64,000 nt of DNA, taken from the NCBI GenBank assembly GCA_963729895.1, contig CAVSQB010000011.1, positions 1 to 64,000 of the forward strand, in the 5' to 3' direction. This document shows, piece by piece, positions 28,210 through 38,962 of the stretch. Position 1 is the stretch's first letter, and each line of letters begins with the position of its first letter. The notes under the pieces are model-generated. The model was not told the origin of the DNA and ran no database searches. It saw nothing but the letters and a program-made list of their open reading frames with translations. A program made the position numbers and the translations under genes. This DNA comes from an uncultured Fibrobacterota bacterium (GTDB lineage Bacteria > Fibrobacterota > Chitinivibrionia > Chitinivibrionales > FEN-1185).

Positions 28210-30885
28210 TCACAAGCCGCCCGCTCGTACCACCCTGATCACCTTTCCGGGCGTGAGCACGGTGTCCGGGTTTAGTTTGTTATCTTTGTAAAGGTTGTCG
28301 ATCGGAACCCCGAATTCGGCCGCTATCCGCGTGAGGGTGTCTCCATCCTTGACTTTGTAATAAATGACGTCGGCCTGCGAAGGAGGAACACCCGGATTCA
28401 ACACGGTGTCGTGCGCCGCGGGGATGAGCAGGGTGTCGCCGGCATGGACGAGCAATACATCGGTAAGGTGATTCGCAGACATGAGTGAATCCACGCTCAC
28501 GGAATACCGGAGCGAAATCCTGAAAACATCTTCTCCCGTTGCAACAACGTAGAGGAAACCCTTCGGTTTTTGCACCGCTGCAGCAGGGGGCTGTAAAGGG
28601 GCCGCCGGAGCGGAAGCCGCGACGGAATCGGTCCTTTTTGTCGCCTCGTTGCTTTCCCGGGCGGGCGCAAGGGGCGTTTGTGGGCCGGCCACCTGCGTGT
28701 CATTCTTGACAGTATCGGAAGAAACGGTTCGGACGGTGGTTGGGGGGAGCTGCAGCGTTTGGCCGATCTTGATATTCGGATGGGCCAAATTGAGGCCGTT
28801 GAGCGTTGCCAGCTCTTTGAGTGGAATATTGAATTTGCGCGAAATGGAAAACGGGGTTTCGCCGATTTCAACGACATGAGTTGGGCCCTGCGGCGCCTGC
28901 ACAACCATGGGCACCTGCACAACCACGGGCACCTGGACAACACCTTGAGGCGTCTGCACCACGACCGGTAACGTCTGCTGCGGCCCCGTCGCCGGCGCCT
29001 GTGCAAACACGGGCGGCGGGGTTGTTTCCACCTGCGGCTGCGGCCTGCTCACAACAAGGAGGCGGCCCGGACGCAGGAGGGCGTGGCCGGTAATATGGTT
29101 CCACCGGCAGAGCTGGGTAACCGACACATGGTAGTGCCGCGCGATTCTTCCAAGAAAGTCTCCGGAATGAACCCGGTAGCGGATTGACACGCCAGAGAAC
29201 TCATAGTCCGGAAGGTCGAGCGCTTTGATCTCGGATTCCGGGGGCGGGGGATAGGCAACGCCCTGTGCAAGCGGGACGGCCGACACGGGGATAAAAAGAT
29301 GATGCCCTGGTGTCAGGCGGGGCGCGGTAATCCGGTTGATAGTGACGAGTGCATCTGACGGCACGTTGTACTGCCGCGCAAGGCTTTCAACATCGTCCCC
29401 CCGTTTGATTTCACACCGGTACCACCTGACCCGTTTCTCCGGTGGAAGCTGCGCAAGAAAGCCGTTCCACGACCTCTTGCGCCCTGCGGGCAAATACAGC
29501 AGGGCGCCCGTGTCGGGCGGGGTGCACCACCGAAGGATATGGGGGTTCATTTTCTTAAGGGTGTCCCGGTCGACCGCGAGTCCGTCCGCAATGTCGTTCA
29601 GGCTGATGCAGTCGGCGGTGTGCACGGTATCGAGCGGGAGCGGGTCGATTGGCGGCATGGTAACGCCGAAGCATTTCGGGTTCTTTGCAATTGTCAATGC
29701 GGCGAGATAGCACGGAACGTAATTCTTCGTTTGTTTCGGCAGCCGCTTGAGATTCCAGTAGTCGTTAGTTTTGTTGCGGGCGATGCAATGAGATACGCCA
29801 TTTTCACCGCAGTTATATGCCGCAAGCGCAAGGTGCCAGTGGCCGAAATCGCCGAATAGTTTCCGGAGATAGCCGATGGCGGCTTCGGTGGACCGGATCG
29901 GGTCGCGGCGCTCATCAACCCAAAAGCTCCTCTTGAGGCCGTAGATTTTCCCTGTGGAAGCAATGAATTGCCAGATGCCGGACGCGTTCGCGTACGAGTA
30001 GGCGAGCGGATTGAACCCGCTTTCGATGAGGGGAAGGTACGCCAGGTCTTTCGGCAGCCCGCTGTCCGCGAACATTTTCTTCATGAGCGGCAGGTAATAC
30101 AAGGCACGGCTGAACCACCGGTCCACCGTGTTTTCTCGGTTGTGAATGTAGAACGACAGCGCCCGCTGCACCCGCCGGTTCCACACCATAGGCACATCGT
30201 AGTCCAGGCCCTTCTGACAGGCGATTGCGGCAAGAGAAATGCTGTCGGGCGGCAGCACGTTCATCGAATCTATGGAGCGCATCATCTGCCGCTGGAATAC
30301 AGCCATGGCGATGTCTTCCGGCACCGCGTATGATGCCGGCATTTGCTCTTTGTAAATTACCGCGATCTCGTCGAAATACCGGGACGAGGGGATCCGCTCG
30401 CTTCCGCCTTCGGCTCCCTGGTCGATGCTCTCTATTGCGCGCACTGCCTCCTTGAGGATCGAGTCTGCGGCCGGGAAGTTGCCGGCGTCGCAGTCGGATT
30501 TCGCTTCGTCAATGAGATCCGCCGGATTGCCGTATACCGTGTCTTCGTCGTCGGCTTCTGCGGTATCAACGGACGTTTCGGAATCGGATGTTGAGCTGGT
30601 GTCCGGCGCGGGGCATGCAACACGTACGCTGTCATGTGCGTGAAGCCCGGTATCGCCGGTCTGGTTCAGCGTGGAGAAAGTGCGGCGACCCGGCCCGCAT
30701 CCCGCGGCCAGTGCCAGCACTGCGGCGACAATCAGAACCGGGAGGCAGGGAAGAGCACACGCTTTACTTAAAGTCAAAAACCGCACCTTCCGCTTTTTTG
30801 AGGAAAAATCGTGCGACGAATTCCGAACTTCGGTGCACCTCTCCGTGCCCTCGACAAACGGCAGGGGAGCGGAACAGCGAGGCAA
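28210..30885 (-). CDS. mltD: MltD-like lytic transglycosylase lipoprotein with multiple LysM domains (start uncertain)
   Basis: LPLIESGFNP, ASGIWQF, LAAYNCG, TKNYVP; about five LysM repeats; lipobox LAAGC. Confidence 0.85.
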   Translation of the reverse strand: MPRCSAPLPFVEGTERCTEVRNSSHDFSSKKRKVRFLTLSKACALPCLPVLIVAAVLALAAGCGPGRRTFSTLNQTGDTGLHAHDSVRVACPAPDTSSTSDSETSVDTAEADDEDTVYGNPADLIDEAKSDCDAGNFPAADSILKEAVRAIESIDQGAEGGSERIPSSRYFDEIAVIYKEQMPASYAVPEDIAMAVFQRQMMRSIDSMNVLPPDSISLAAIACQKGLDYDVPMVWNRRVQRALSFYIHNRENTVDRWFSRALYYLPLMKKMFADSGLPKDLAYLPLIESGFNPLAYSYANASGIWQFIASTGKIYGLKRSFWVDERRDPIRSTEAAIGYLRKLFGDFGHWHLALAAYNCGENGVSHCIARNKTNDYWNLKRLPKQTKNYVPCYLAALTIAKNPKCFGVTMPPIDPLPLDTVHTADCISLNDIADGLAVDRDTLKKMNPHILRWCTPPDTGALLYLPAGRKRSWNGFLAQLPPEKRVRWYRCEIKRGDDVESLARQYNVPSDALVTINRITAPRLTPGHHLFIPVSAVPLAQGVAYPPPPESEIKALDLPDYEFSGVSIRYRVHSGDFLGRIARHYHVSVTQLCRWNHITGHALLRPGRLLVVSRPQPQVETTPPPVFAQAPATGPQQTLPVVVQTPQGVVQVPVVVQVPMVVQAPQGPTHVVEIGETPFSISRKFNIPLKELATLNGLNLAHPNIKIGQTLQLPPTTVRTVSSDTVKNDTQVAGPQTPLAPARESNEATKRTDSVAASAPAAPLQPPAAAVQKPKGFLYVVATGEDVFRISLRYSVSVDSLMSANHLTDVLLVHAGDTLLIPAAHDTVLNPGVPPSQADVIYYKVKDGDTLTRIAAEFGVPIDNLYKDNKLNPDTVLTPGKVIRVVRAGGL

Positions 30886-31148
30886 AGAGGCGTTTCCGGG
30901 CTATGCCTGCAACCCGACGCGGCACGCCCGCCGCGCATCACGCACACTTGTTGAATATAATTCATTTGAGCAAAATTGGGGTTGGTTTTGGACTCCAAAA
31001 TCGCGAGGTTGAAATTACGTTCAGGAGGGTCCCCAAAAAAGAAAGTGCGCTCCCGACCGCTTGATCGCGGGCCCCGGAACGCACTGCTCGGATGTTTCAA
31101 CAGAAGCATTCAGGGCCGCATTGGCGGGCGAGGATGCCTCGAATGGTG

Positions 31149-31598
31149 CTACGGGGCCTTTCTTTTGGCAAGTGACTGGATGATGGCGCTTGCCGTGGAT
31201 TGGTCGAAGATAACAGTGTTTGCCTCTTCCGAGTTGATGGTTGCAGACAATTGGACGGTGACTGCGAATCCCACTGAAAGGGGTTTACCCAGGACTGTTG
31301 TCCAAACGTACGCAGAATCAATGGTGATGGTGACGGTGCCGGCCCTATCGGTGACCTTTGGAGCAGAGGTTTGTCCGCCCGCGACATAATCGAAGTAAAC
31401 GTCTCCTACGGTTATTCCCTGGAGGTCGATGGCATCCACGTTCGTAGTCGTGCCGTTCACATCAATGGAAAGGTTTGTGAGGCTGTTTCTCACTTGTACT
31501 GTTGTTTGCGGAGGAGGAGTGACCGTAACCGTGCATCCTCCCACCAGAACGGCAATGAACAATGTGGTGAATTTCGAAAGTTTTCTAAGCATGTTCAA
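31149..31598 (-). CDS. Small lipoprotein
   Basis: Lipobox VLVGGC; AGGAG RBS. Confidence 0.6.
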   Translation of the reverse strand: MNMLRKLSKFTTLFIAVLVGGCTVTVTPPPQTTVQVRNSLTNLSIDVNGTTTNVDAIDLQGITVGDVYFDYVAGGQTSAPKVTDRAGTVTITIDSAYVWTTVLGKPLSVGFAVTVQLSATINSEEANTVIFDQSTASAIIQSLAKRKAP

Positions 31599-31656
31599 TT
31601 CTCCTTTGACTGATGGTTATCGTCGGATGGAATTGCATCTGTTAACGCGCCCGCCT

Positions 31657-32598
31657 CTACTGGGGCTCCACGTTCACGCGTATTTCGTCGTCTTTCTTGG
31701 AACGCACTTTGACGTTCTGATCGTCGTCACGGCCCGAATTTTGTTCCACACGAACCTTTGCCGAAGGACGGTCGCCGACAGTCTGCGGAGAATTATCGTT
31801 CTCAGCAGGCACTACCCGTTGTCTCGAATCCTGTTGCGGGGCCGTTCTCACCTCGCTTGACTGTTGCTCCGAACCACGAACGGTTGCTCTTCGGAATCGT
31901 GGTCCTACCGGCACAACAACCTGGGGACGCGATTGGCTTTGAACCTCCACTCTCACCAGCGGCCGTTCGCCCCTGGCGACGGAAACCCTGTTCGGGACCA
32001 CCGTAACGACGGGAGCGCGCACTACCCTGCGCACAAAGTCCAGGCGGGGCGGCGCGCCGTACACGCGGACGCGGTTCTCGGCCACGACGGGACCTGCCCG
32101 CACTTCCACGTGCGTTCGTAAGTCCGGCGCTGTAAAGAACGGCGCGGGGCATGTTGTCCACTCTACGTGCATCAACCTGTGGTAATGGCGTCCTGCCAGC
32201 GGAGGCGGTGCCAGGGGCGCCCAGGCTATATCCCGGTCGGTAACGTTCCATTCAACCCGTGCGGGAGACCACTCGTAACCGGGAACCCAGAGCCAACCGA
32301 GTTCCTCGTCGTTATACCAGTTGCCGTAGTGGCACACGATCCAGCCGAAAGGCTCGTCGGAATCCCACATCCAGCCGTCGCGGGTGTAAACCCAATGACC
32401 GTAGGTGAACGGCCGCCAACCGGCCTCGGCGTAGGGACGCCACACGGTGCCGTATCCATGCACATGGATCCATTCACCGTATTGGTCAAGATCGCTGAAG
32501 TTTGTCCGGACCGATACCTCGACCTGGGCGCACACCGGTTTGGAACCCGCGGCAACAAGCATCAAAATGCCGAGAAAGGCGATGGCTCGCAGTTTCAT
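31657..32598 (-). CDS. DUF6600-family secreted protein
   Basis: LDQYGEW..YGTVWRP...GWRPFTYGHW...PFGWIVCHYGNW...WLWVPGYEWSPARVEW. Confidence 0.8.
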   Translation of the reverse strand: MKLRAIAFLGILMLVAAGSKPVCAQVEVSVRTNFSDLDQYGEWIHVHGYGTVWRPYAEAGWRPFTYGHWVYTRDGWMWDSDEPFGWIVCHYGNWYNDEELGWLWVPGYEWSPARVEWNVTDRDIAWAPLAPPPLAGRHYHRLMHVEWTTCPAPFFTAPDLRTHVEVRAGPVVAENRVRVYGAPPRLDFVRRVVRAPVVTVVPNRVSVARGERPLVRVEVQSQSRPQVVVPVGPRFRRATVRGSEQQSSEVRTAPQQDSRQRVVPAENDNSPQTVGDRPSAKVRVEQNSGRDDDQNVKVRSKKDDEIRVNVEPQ

Positions 32599-32745
32599 GG
32601 TTTTCTCCTTTGGTTATGAAGAATCCTATGAGCGAAAATAATTTGGGGACAGGGGATTGTGCTGCGGAAAACAATATCAAGATAATCAAATCAATCCTTT
32701 AACCGGTACCAGCGACACTTCGTGGGTGCCCCACAGCAAGGGTTA

Positions 32746-32877
32746 GATTCTCGCAACCCCTCCAACTTTGGGGTCACCCGGCGCTGCTATCCAGATGTAT
32801 TTGACTTGTATCTAGAAATTGGATTCTCGCAAATAAACTCGTTCGGGGCCACCCGGCTCAGCCATCCAAACGCATTT
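32746..32877 (+). repeat. Tandem pair of a ~57-bp dispersed intergenic repeat (family 2)
   Basis: GATTCTCGCA-N-GGGG(T/C)CACCCGGC..GC.ATCCA.A.G.ATTT at 32746 and 32822; further copies at 41171 and 58205/58254. Confidence 0.75.
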
Positions 32878-32999
32878 GAATTGCATTTGGATATTACTGA
32901 ACCTTCAATTCGCAATTCGTCCCGAACTATTTCTTGGTCCCTGGCGATCCGCCCTTTGTATATTTTCAAAAAGGTTTTTTCAACGTTCGAAGAAATCCC

Positions 33000-34178
33000 A
33001 TGACTCGTTTCGGCCTCGATACCGTTGCAGCCGCTTTCCCGAGGGAACTCACGGGAAAACGGATCGGCCTGCTGTGTCACGCGGCGTCGATCACGTCGGC
33101 CTATGTTCACTGCATCGACGTATTCCGCAACTCCCCGTGCACGCTCGCCTCCCTGTTCGGTCCTCAGCATGGCATGTTCGGCCAGACCCAGGACAACATG
33201 GTAGAGTGGCAGGGGTTCGTGCATCCGGTCCTTGGAATCCCGGTGTACAGTCTTTACGGGGAGAAAAGAAAACCGACGCTCGAAAGCCTTGCCGGGCTCG
33301 ATGCGCTTGTGGTGGACCTGCAGGACGTGGGAGCGCGTCCCTACACCTATGTCTGGACTGTCAAGCTGTGCATGGAGGCCTGCGGCGAGGCGCGTCTTCC
33401 CGTGTGGCTGCTCGACAGGCCGAACCCGATTGCGGCCGTCGGGTTCGACGGACCGGTGCTCTCCGACGGGTTCCACTCGTTTGTCGGCGGTGCGCCGATT
33501 CCGCTTTGTCATAGAATGACGATGGGGGAAATAACCACGCTTGTCAAACGCCTGTATTATCCCGGCGCCGACCTTCACGTGGTGTGGATGGACGGGTGGT
33601 GGCGCAATTCCCTGTGGCGCGAAACGGGCCTGCCCTGGGTTCTTCCGTCTCCCAACATGCCGGCGTTCGAAACCGCTGTAATGTATCCGGGGCAGGTGCT
33701 GTTCGAGGCCACCAATGCGTCCGAGGGGAGAGGAACGACGCGCCCGTTTGAAATCGTGGGCGCGCCCTACCTGGACGCGGACGCGGTTATCGCGGAAGTA
33801 AACACGCTCGGCGTGCGCGGGTGTGTTCTGCGGCGGCACGATTTTATCCCGACGTTCCAGAAATGGCAGGGGGAGTATTGCCGCGGCCTGCAGGTGCATG
33901 TGAGTGACCCGCGCGCGTACGAACCCGTGTTCACCACCGCGGCGCTCCTGGCGGCGATCCTCAAAACATCGGGTGGGAAATTCGCCTTTAAGCAGCCGCC
34001 GTACGAATACGAAGCGGTCCGCATGCCGTTCGATATTCTGTCGGGAGACGAACGCCTGCGTACAACGCTCGCGAGTGGCGGCAACCTGATTGCGGAAAAG
34101 GAATCCTGGCAGGCATCGTACGCGCCGTTCGAGGCCCGTTTTAGCGATGTCGCGCACTATCCCGAGGAACGCGAGTGA
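33000..34178 (+). CDS. namZ: Exo-beta-N-acetylmuramidase NamZ (DUF1343)
   Basis: LFGPQHG, YSLYG, DLQDVGARPYTY, LDRPNP, PSPNMP, SEGRGTTRPFE. Confidence 0.88.
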   Translation: MTRFGLDTVAAAFPRELTGKRIGLLCHAASITSAYVHCIDVFRNSPCTLASLFGPQHGMFGQTQDNMVEWQGFVHPVLGIPVYSLYGEKRKPTLESLAGLDALVVDLQDVGARPYTYVWTVKLCMEACGEARLPVWLLDRPNPIAAVGFDGPVLSDGFHSFVGGAPIPLCHRMTMGEITTLVKRLYYPGADLHVVWMDGWWRNSLWRETGLPWVLPSPNMPAFETAVMYPGQVLFEATNASEGRGTTRPFEIVGAPYLDADAVIAEVNTLGVRGCVLRRHDFIPTFQKWQGEYCRGLQVHVSDPRAYEPVFTTAALLAAILKTSGGKFAFKQPPYEYEAVRMPFDILSGDERLRTTLASGGNLIAEKESWQASYAPFEARFSDVAHYPEERE

Positions 34179-35125
34179 TCGGATTCATTCTTGCCGCCGG
34201 CTTCGGCACGCGCCTGAGGCCCATTACTGACCATATTCCAAAGGCGCTTGTGCCGGTGTGCGGGGAACCTCTGCTCGGCCGCGCGATCGATTTCTTGCGA
34301 GCCCAGGGGATGGAACGAATTGCGGTGAACGCCCATCACCACCCGGACCAGATGGAGGCGTTTCTCCATTCCGGGAAACAAGGATGCGCGTTCTTCCATG
34401 AAACCGGCCGCATCAGGGGTACGGGCGGCGCGCTCTATTTTGCAAAGGAGTTTCTCGCCTTGGACGACGCTTTCTGCGTTGCGAATGTGGACATTGTCGC
34501 GGCGGTCGACCTGCGAAAGCTCCGTGCCGCGTTTAGTGATCTAAACTGCAGCGCGGGGTTGGTTGCCATACCTTGTGACAACGGAACGGTGTTGTACAAT
34601 GCGCAATCCAAAGACTACATCGGGGCCCGGTCCGAAGCATCGTCCGGCGTGTACGAACCCGGGGGAAGGGGCGCCGGCGCCGAGTTCCTCGGTATTGCGT
34701 TTTATAAAAGGGAAATGCTTGCCGTGCTTGACGAAGCGGATTTCTCGGTCTTGCCGGTCTGGAAACGGATGCAGGGAACCGGCATGAGCGTGAAGATCGT
34801 CGAAACCCCTCCGGTGTACTGGAAGGACCTCGGCACGCCCTCCGGGCTTGCCGCGATCCATTTTGATGCGCTCGACGGAACGTGCGAAATGCGCGTCCCT
34901 CCCAATCTTGTTGTCGACAAAGAAGGAAAAAGGGCCTACCCGCGTTCGCTTGATCCCGCGATTGCCGCCCGGCTGGGCCCGTATTCGTGGGTGGACACGG
35001 ACGTCATCCCGGCCACTGCAACGCTGTCGCGCACCGTGGTTTTCAAAGACGCGGCCATTTCGGAAGGCACGGTCCTGAAGAACGCCATCGTAACATCCTA
35101 CGGAGTGATCCCGCTTGTCTCCTGA
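34175..35125 (+). CDS. murU: MurNAc-1-phosphate uridylyltransferase-like nucleotidyltransferase
   Basis: LAAGFGTRLRPITDHIPKALVPV, GTGG, NVD, WKDLGT; adjacent to an amgK-like gene. Confidence 0.7.
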   Translation: MIGFILAAGFGTRLRPITDHIPKALVPVCGEPLLGRAIDFLRAQGMERIAVNAHHHPDQMEAFLHSGKQGCAFFHETGRIRGTGGALYFAKEFLALDDAFCVANVDIVAAVDLRKLRAAFSDLNCSAGLVAIPCDNGTVLYNAQSKDYIGARSEASSGVYEPGGRGAGAEFLGIAFYKREMLAVLDEADFSVLPVWKRMQGTGMSVKIVETPPVYWKDLGTPSGLAAIHFDALDGTCEMRVPPNLVVDKEGKRAYPRSLDPAIAARLGPYSWVDTDVIPATATLSRTVVFKDAAISEGTVLKNAIVTSYGVIPLVS

Positions 35126-36155
35126 AACCGTCCAATTGACTCCTGCGCAGACGGGCTTTCTCAAGGAGACGGTCCCGGCATTCGACTCTTCCTGTTCCGT
35201 AACCTGCGCAGGCCGCGCGGGATCGGACCGAAGGTTTTTCCGGGTGCACGTGCCCGCAACCAAAGAATCGTTTGTGCTTGTCGCTTGGAACAGCGAGGAC
35301 CACGACTGGAACAGGTTCATTTCGATCCAGCGCGATCTTGCCGTCCGCGTTCCGTTCCTGCCGCGCATTTTCGCTTACGACGACGGACACGGCCTCATCC
35401 TCGAAGAAGACTTGGGCGCCGTCACGCTCAAGAAGTTCTGCGGCCGGGCCAAGGCCGCGGAGGTGGCCGCGCAGTACCGTATGGTCATTGACGCCCTTGC
35501 CGTGTGGCAGCAGGTTGACCCCTCTGCATGCGCCGCTATTTCGTCGCGCGACATGGACCTCGATATGTTTCTGTGGGAAAGCGATTACTTTGTGACGCAT
35601 TGTGTCAAGGAGTACTTCGGCCTCGACAAGCTGCTGCCGGCCGCATGGGAACGGGAGCGGGTGCGGATCGCGGCCCAGGCGGCGGGATTTCCCAGGGTGT
35701 GCATCCATCGTGATTTTCAATCGGAAAACATCCTTCTCCACGGCGGTTCGGTCCGGTTCGTGGATTTCCAGGGTGCGCGCCGCGGTCCGGCCGGCTACGA
35801 TGTGGGGTCGCTTCTGTACGATCCCTACGCGCCGAACCTTACGCCCTCGCTCAGCAGACGCCTGTTTGAATATTATCTGTCAAGAGTGCCGTTCGAGGTG
35901 ACGCCCCAGTCCTTCCGCCTGTGCTCCATTCAGCGGCTGATGCAGGCGCTCGGCGCGTACGCAAACCTCTCCATTCACAAAGGGAAAGACTGGTACCGTG
36001 CCTACATACCGGTTGCCTTGAAGCGGCTTAAGAGAGTGATCGGGCAGGGCGGCGATGTGCCGGCGCTTGCGGGGATTGTGGCGGGGTGCATACGGCAGGA
36101 CGGAATAAAGAAGTCCTCACGGAGATGCCGGGAAATTCGGAGAAAAGAGGATTGA
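35115..36155 (+). CDS. amgK: Anomeric MurNAc/GlcNAc kinase-like phosphotransferase
   Basis: GSDRRFFR, EDLG, HRDFQSENI, DFQGARRGP..YDVGSLLYD, QRLMQALGAY. Confidence 0.8.
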   Translation: MSPETVQLTPAQTGFLKETVPAFDSSCSVTCAGRAGSDRRFFRVHVPATKESFVLVAWNSEDHDWNRFISIQRDLAVRVPFLPRIFAYDDGHGLILEEDLGAVTLKKFCGRAKAAEVAAQYRMVIDALAVWQQVDPSACAAISSRDMDLDMFLWESDYFVTHCVKEYFGLDKLLPAAWERERVRIAAQAAGFPRVCIHRDFQSENILLHGGSVRFVDFQGARRGPAGYDVGSLLYDPYAPNLTPSLSRRLFEYYLSRVPFEVTPQSFRLCSIQRLMQALGAYANLSIHKGKDWYRAYIPVALKRLKRVIGQGGDVPALAGIVAGCIRQDGIKKSSRRCREIRRKED

Positions 36156-36511
36156 CGTCATTGAAGAAAATGGAGTTGCTATTGTGGATAGGCCGAAGGA
36201 AATTCAGGTCGATTTATGACCACAAATCAAGAAATGCATATGGATAGCTGTGCCGGGTGCGCCCAAGAAGGTCCCTTGATATTATCGAGTCTTCTGATGG
36301 GGCACCCTTCGAGTTCGGCTGTGCGGGTGAGATCGAGATAGCGTTGCGGGGTGGCTTTTGACAGTAACCAAACAGGTACGCCAAAAACTCTCGATAGGTG
36401 CAGGTTTTATCCTGAAGTGGACTGGTGCATTCGACTGTGCTTTTGAGCCATCTTGAATCTTATTAGCCATGCAAGAAATGATAAGGGCCAAAACAAACAA
36501 AGTACAAAAAC

Positions 36512-37818
36512 CAGCCCTGTCCGGCTAAACCTCTTGACCAATGGCTAATAGAATGATAATTGCACTGGAGCGGAGCGCAAAGAACGTAACCGCTCGTAAT
36601 TGACCCGTAGTAATTCAATCAAGCTTTCAAAACCAAGCAGCCTTTCTCGGATAACCCGCAGTAATTCCAGCATGGTGAAGGCATACCGTGCTTGGAATTT
36701 TATAAACGACAACAGGAGATACAAGATCATGGCTATCCACACCTGTGTCATTACCGCGTTTTCGCTGGTCCCGTAGAACGTCTTTATCTTCAAGTGCTGC
36801 TTGATCCACTTGAAAAATGTTTCTATCTCCCATCTTCCCTTGTACAGTGCAGCAATTGTCGTTGCCGACAACGTGAAATTGTTCGTCAGAAAGACCAGGT
36901 TCTTGTTTAACTCCTTGTTGTAATACTGTATCAGTCGCAGCTTCTCCGGATATGCCTTGCTTTCGTAAAAATTCGACATTTCGACTTCCTGATCACGGAT
37001 AATTCCGCGTCTTACGTTCGGTTCTTTGTGCTGTCCGACAAGATGATATGCCATGTTGGATTTTGCCAGGATCACGAATGTAACACCAGTCGTATGCAGT
37101 GAATGAAGCCAGCCAAAATCTGTGTAGCCTCGATCAATGGTGAGGATGCTGTCCGGCGGAAGCGCAGGAAAATCATATTCGGCATCTTTCACCACCCGAA
37201 TGTCATGGACTTTCCCGTCCGTCATCCGGATAAACGACGGTAGGTAACCGTCATGGTCCAGAAGCATATGAAGTTTCAATCCACCTTTGCGCCTGCGATA
37301 CCGTGCCCATGGAAACGATGACAGACATACGCTGATCAAGGTTGAATCATGCGTAAATACCGGAACCTTTACCCGAAAGTCATGACGAGGTGCCAATCGC
37401 TGGCATTTATCCAGAAACTGATAGAAAAGATCTTCAAACATCTTGTATGGCCGGAGAGCGAGTGCATCTGCCAGTGTACTGCGGGCTACACTCGCAAGAC
37501 CAATATGTTCCCACTTATCCGCATTGCTCTTCAGACACGCTTCTACATCCCGAAAGCTGACCAAATCCTTTACCAGCGAAAAGAGCAAAATCTGCATCTC
37601 CTGCCAGCAGGTCATGCTCTTTACGTACCTGTCTCCTTCGTACCGATTAACAATGCGCCAGAATCCCTTCCGATTCAACAGTTGCGTTATCTGATTGAAT
37701 ATTGTATTTCTTCTGTTCAAGGGCTGCCTCCTCTTTTTAATCGTCAAAAACTAAACCTTCAACGATAAAAATAGGTTGGTAGCCCTTCTCTTGTTGTCAA
37801 TTTAACCGGACACTACTG
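36512..37818 (-). mobile_element. IS4-family insertion sequence, apparently intact
   Basis: Imperfect terminal IRs CAGCCCTGTCCGGCTAAA / TTTAACCGGACACTACTG; 9-bp target duplication TACAAAAAC at 36503-36511 and 37819-37827. Confidence 0.92.
36545..37747 (-). CDS. IS4-family transposase (DUF4372 + DDE)
   Basis: DSTLI, KLH, DRGY and YKGRWEIETFFKWIKQHLKIK (YREK) motifs. Confidence 0.93.
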   Translation of the reverse strand: MTIKKRRQPLNRRNTIFNQITQLLNRKGFWRIVNRYEGDRYVKSMTCWQEMQILLFSLVKDLVSFRDVEACLKSNADKWEHIGLASVARSTLADALALRPYKMFEDLFYQFLDKCQRLAPRHDFRVKVPVFTHDSTLISVCLSSFPWARYRRRKGGLKLHMLLDHDGYLPSFIRMTDGKVHDIRVVKDAEYDFPALPPDSILTIDRGYTDFGWLHSLHTTGVTFVILAKSNMAYHLVGQHKEPNVRRGIIRDQEVEMSNFYESKAYPEKLRLIQYYNKELNKNLVFLTNNFTLSATTIAALYKGRWEIETFFKWIKQHLKIKTFYGTSENAVMTQVWIAMILYLLLSFIKFQARYAFTMLELLRVIRERLLGFESLIELLRVNYERLRSLRSAPVQLSFY

Positions 37819-38045
37819 TACAAAAACCATAACTAAAATCCGCCTCAAAATGGAACCTTGTCCCGATTTGAATACATATCCTGCTGTCCAACCTGCCGTT
37901 ATCAAAATAATACTTATTGCCAAAAGTCCTTCTAAGAGAATGCTCAGAAACACCTACAATCGGAGTGTCACCCTATTTCGGCAAAATCAGGTGGTCAAGA
38001 TCTGGTTGTTAGGACAAGGAGTGTTATCATGGTTAAGAAGAAGAA

Positions 38046-38643
38046 TATTCCGGTCACGTGCTGATGGAAAACCGAAATGGGTTGTGTGTTGATATCGCCA
38101 TTGCGCCAGCGACGGGGACAGCGGAACGGGATATGGCGCTTGAGCTGATAAAGCATGAACGCAGGCGCGGAAAACGCCGGATGAAGACGGTGGGTGCAGA
38201 CAAAGGGTATCATGCAACCGAATTTATCAAGAGCCTGCGACGCCTGCACGTGAAGCCTCACATTGCCGAGAAGGCCAACACTTCGCTTAAAGGGTTGGAT
38301 GGAAGAACGACTCGGCATAAGGGATACAGCGTAAGTCAAAGGAAACGAAAACGGGTTGAAGAGATATTTGGGTGGATCAAGAGCGTCGGTGGCCTGCGGA
38401 AAACTCGGGTAAGAGGAATACGAATCAACCAGACTGTTGCCTACGTGGTTGCCGCAGCGTACAACTTGATACGCATGGTTAAGTTGATGCCGCAAACGGT
38501 GGGGGCAGCATGAGAATGGCCTGGGAATCCGGGGAAATGCCTCGGAACGAGGCAGGTAAAACCTCTCTGACATATGTAAAGTTGAAGTTAGGTTCATAAA
38601 AAATCAACAAGAGCGCTTCTGTTAGGACTATTTCAACAACCTG
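38046..38643 (+). mobile_element. 5'-truncated IS5-family remnant (C-terminal transposase fragment, ORF 38058-38513)
   Basis: GHVLMENRNGL, GADKGY, RKRVEEIFGWIK, AAYNLIRM; probable right end TTTCAACAACCTG followed by CTAG; N-terminal half absent. Confidence 0.8.
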
Positions 38644-38962
38644 CTAGTACTATTTAATGTGCCGTCCCCATCGATTGGGTACGCGGTTGCAACCCGTTTG
38701 ATTTTGTTGCCACCCTTGGCCTTGTTACTTTGTCAGAGATTCGCGCTGCCGGACATAGGTGACAGGCTGACGCAGCAGTAAAGCCAACTATACTAATGGT
38801 ATATTTGCGGAAAGTCAGAAGCTATAACTATTGGCGGGCATGTAGAGTGATTGCCTGTTGTGCGGAAAGATGCGGTTTTGGCCTGAAGTTTGAAGCGAAC
38901 GCGTTCCGAAAAGAATTTCGTGAGTGTCTGATTTGTCATTCGTTTCCGTATTGTACAAACCC

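Larger units (their letters stand above)
36407..37953 (-). pseudogene. Small two-TM ORF interrupted by the IS4
   Basis: Removing the IS and one TSD restores an open frame of about 76 codons: VFLSILLEGLLAISIILITAGW...ILVMVFVLCLFWPLSFLAWLIRFK...STSG*. Confidence 0.4.

Noticed and set aside
28890..28975. 18-bp imperfect repeats in the MltD-like gene (VVQVP units)
   Set aside because: Ordinary in-frame linker expansion
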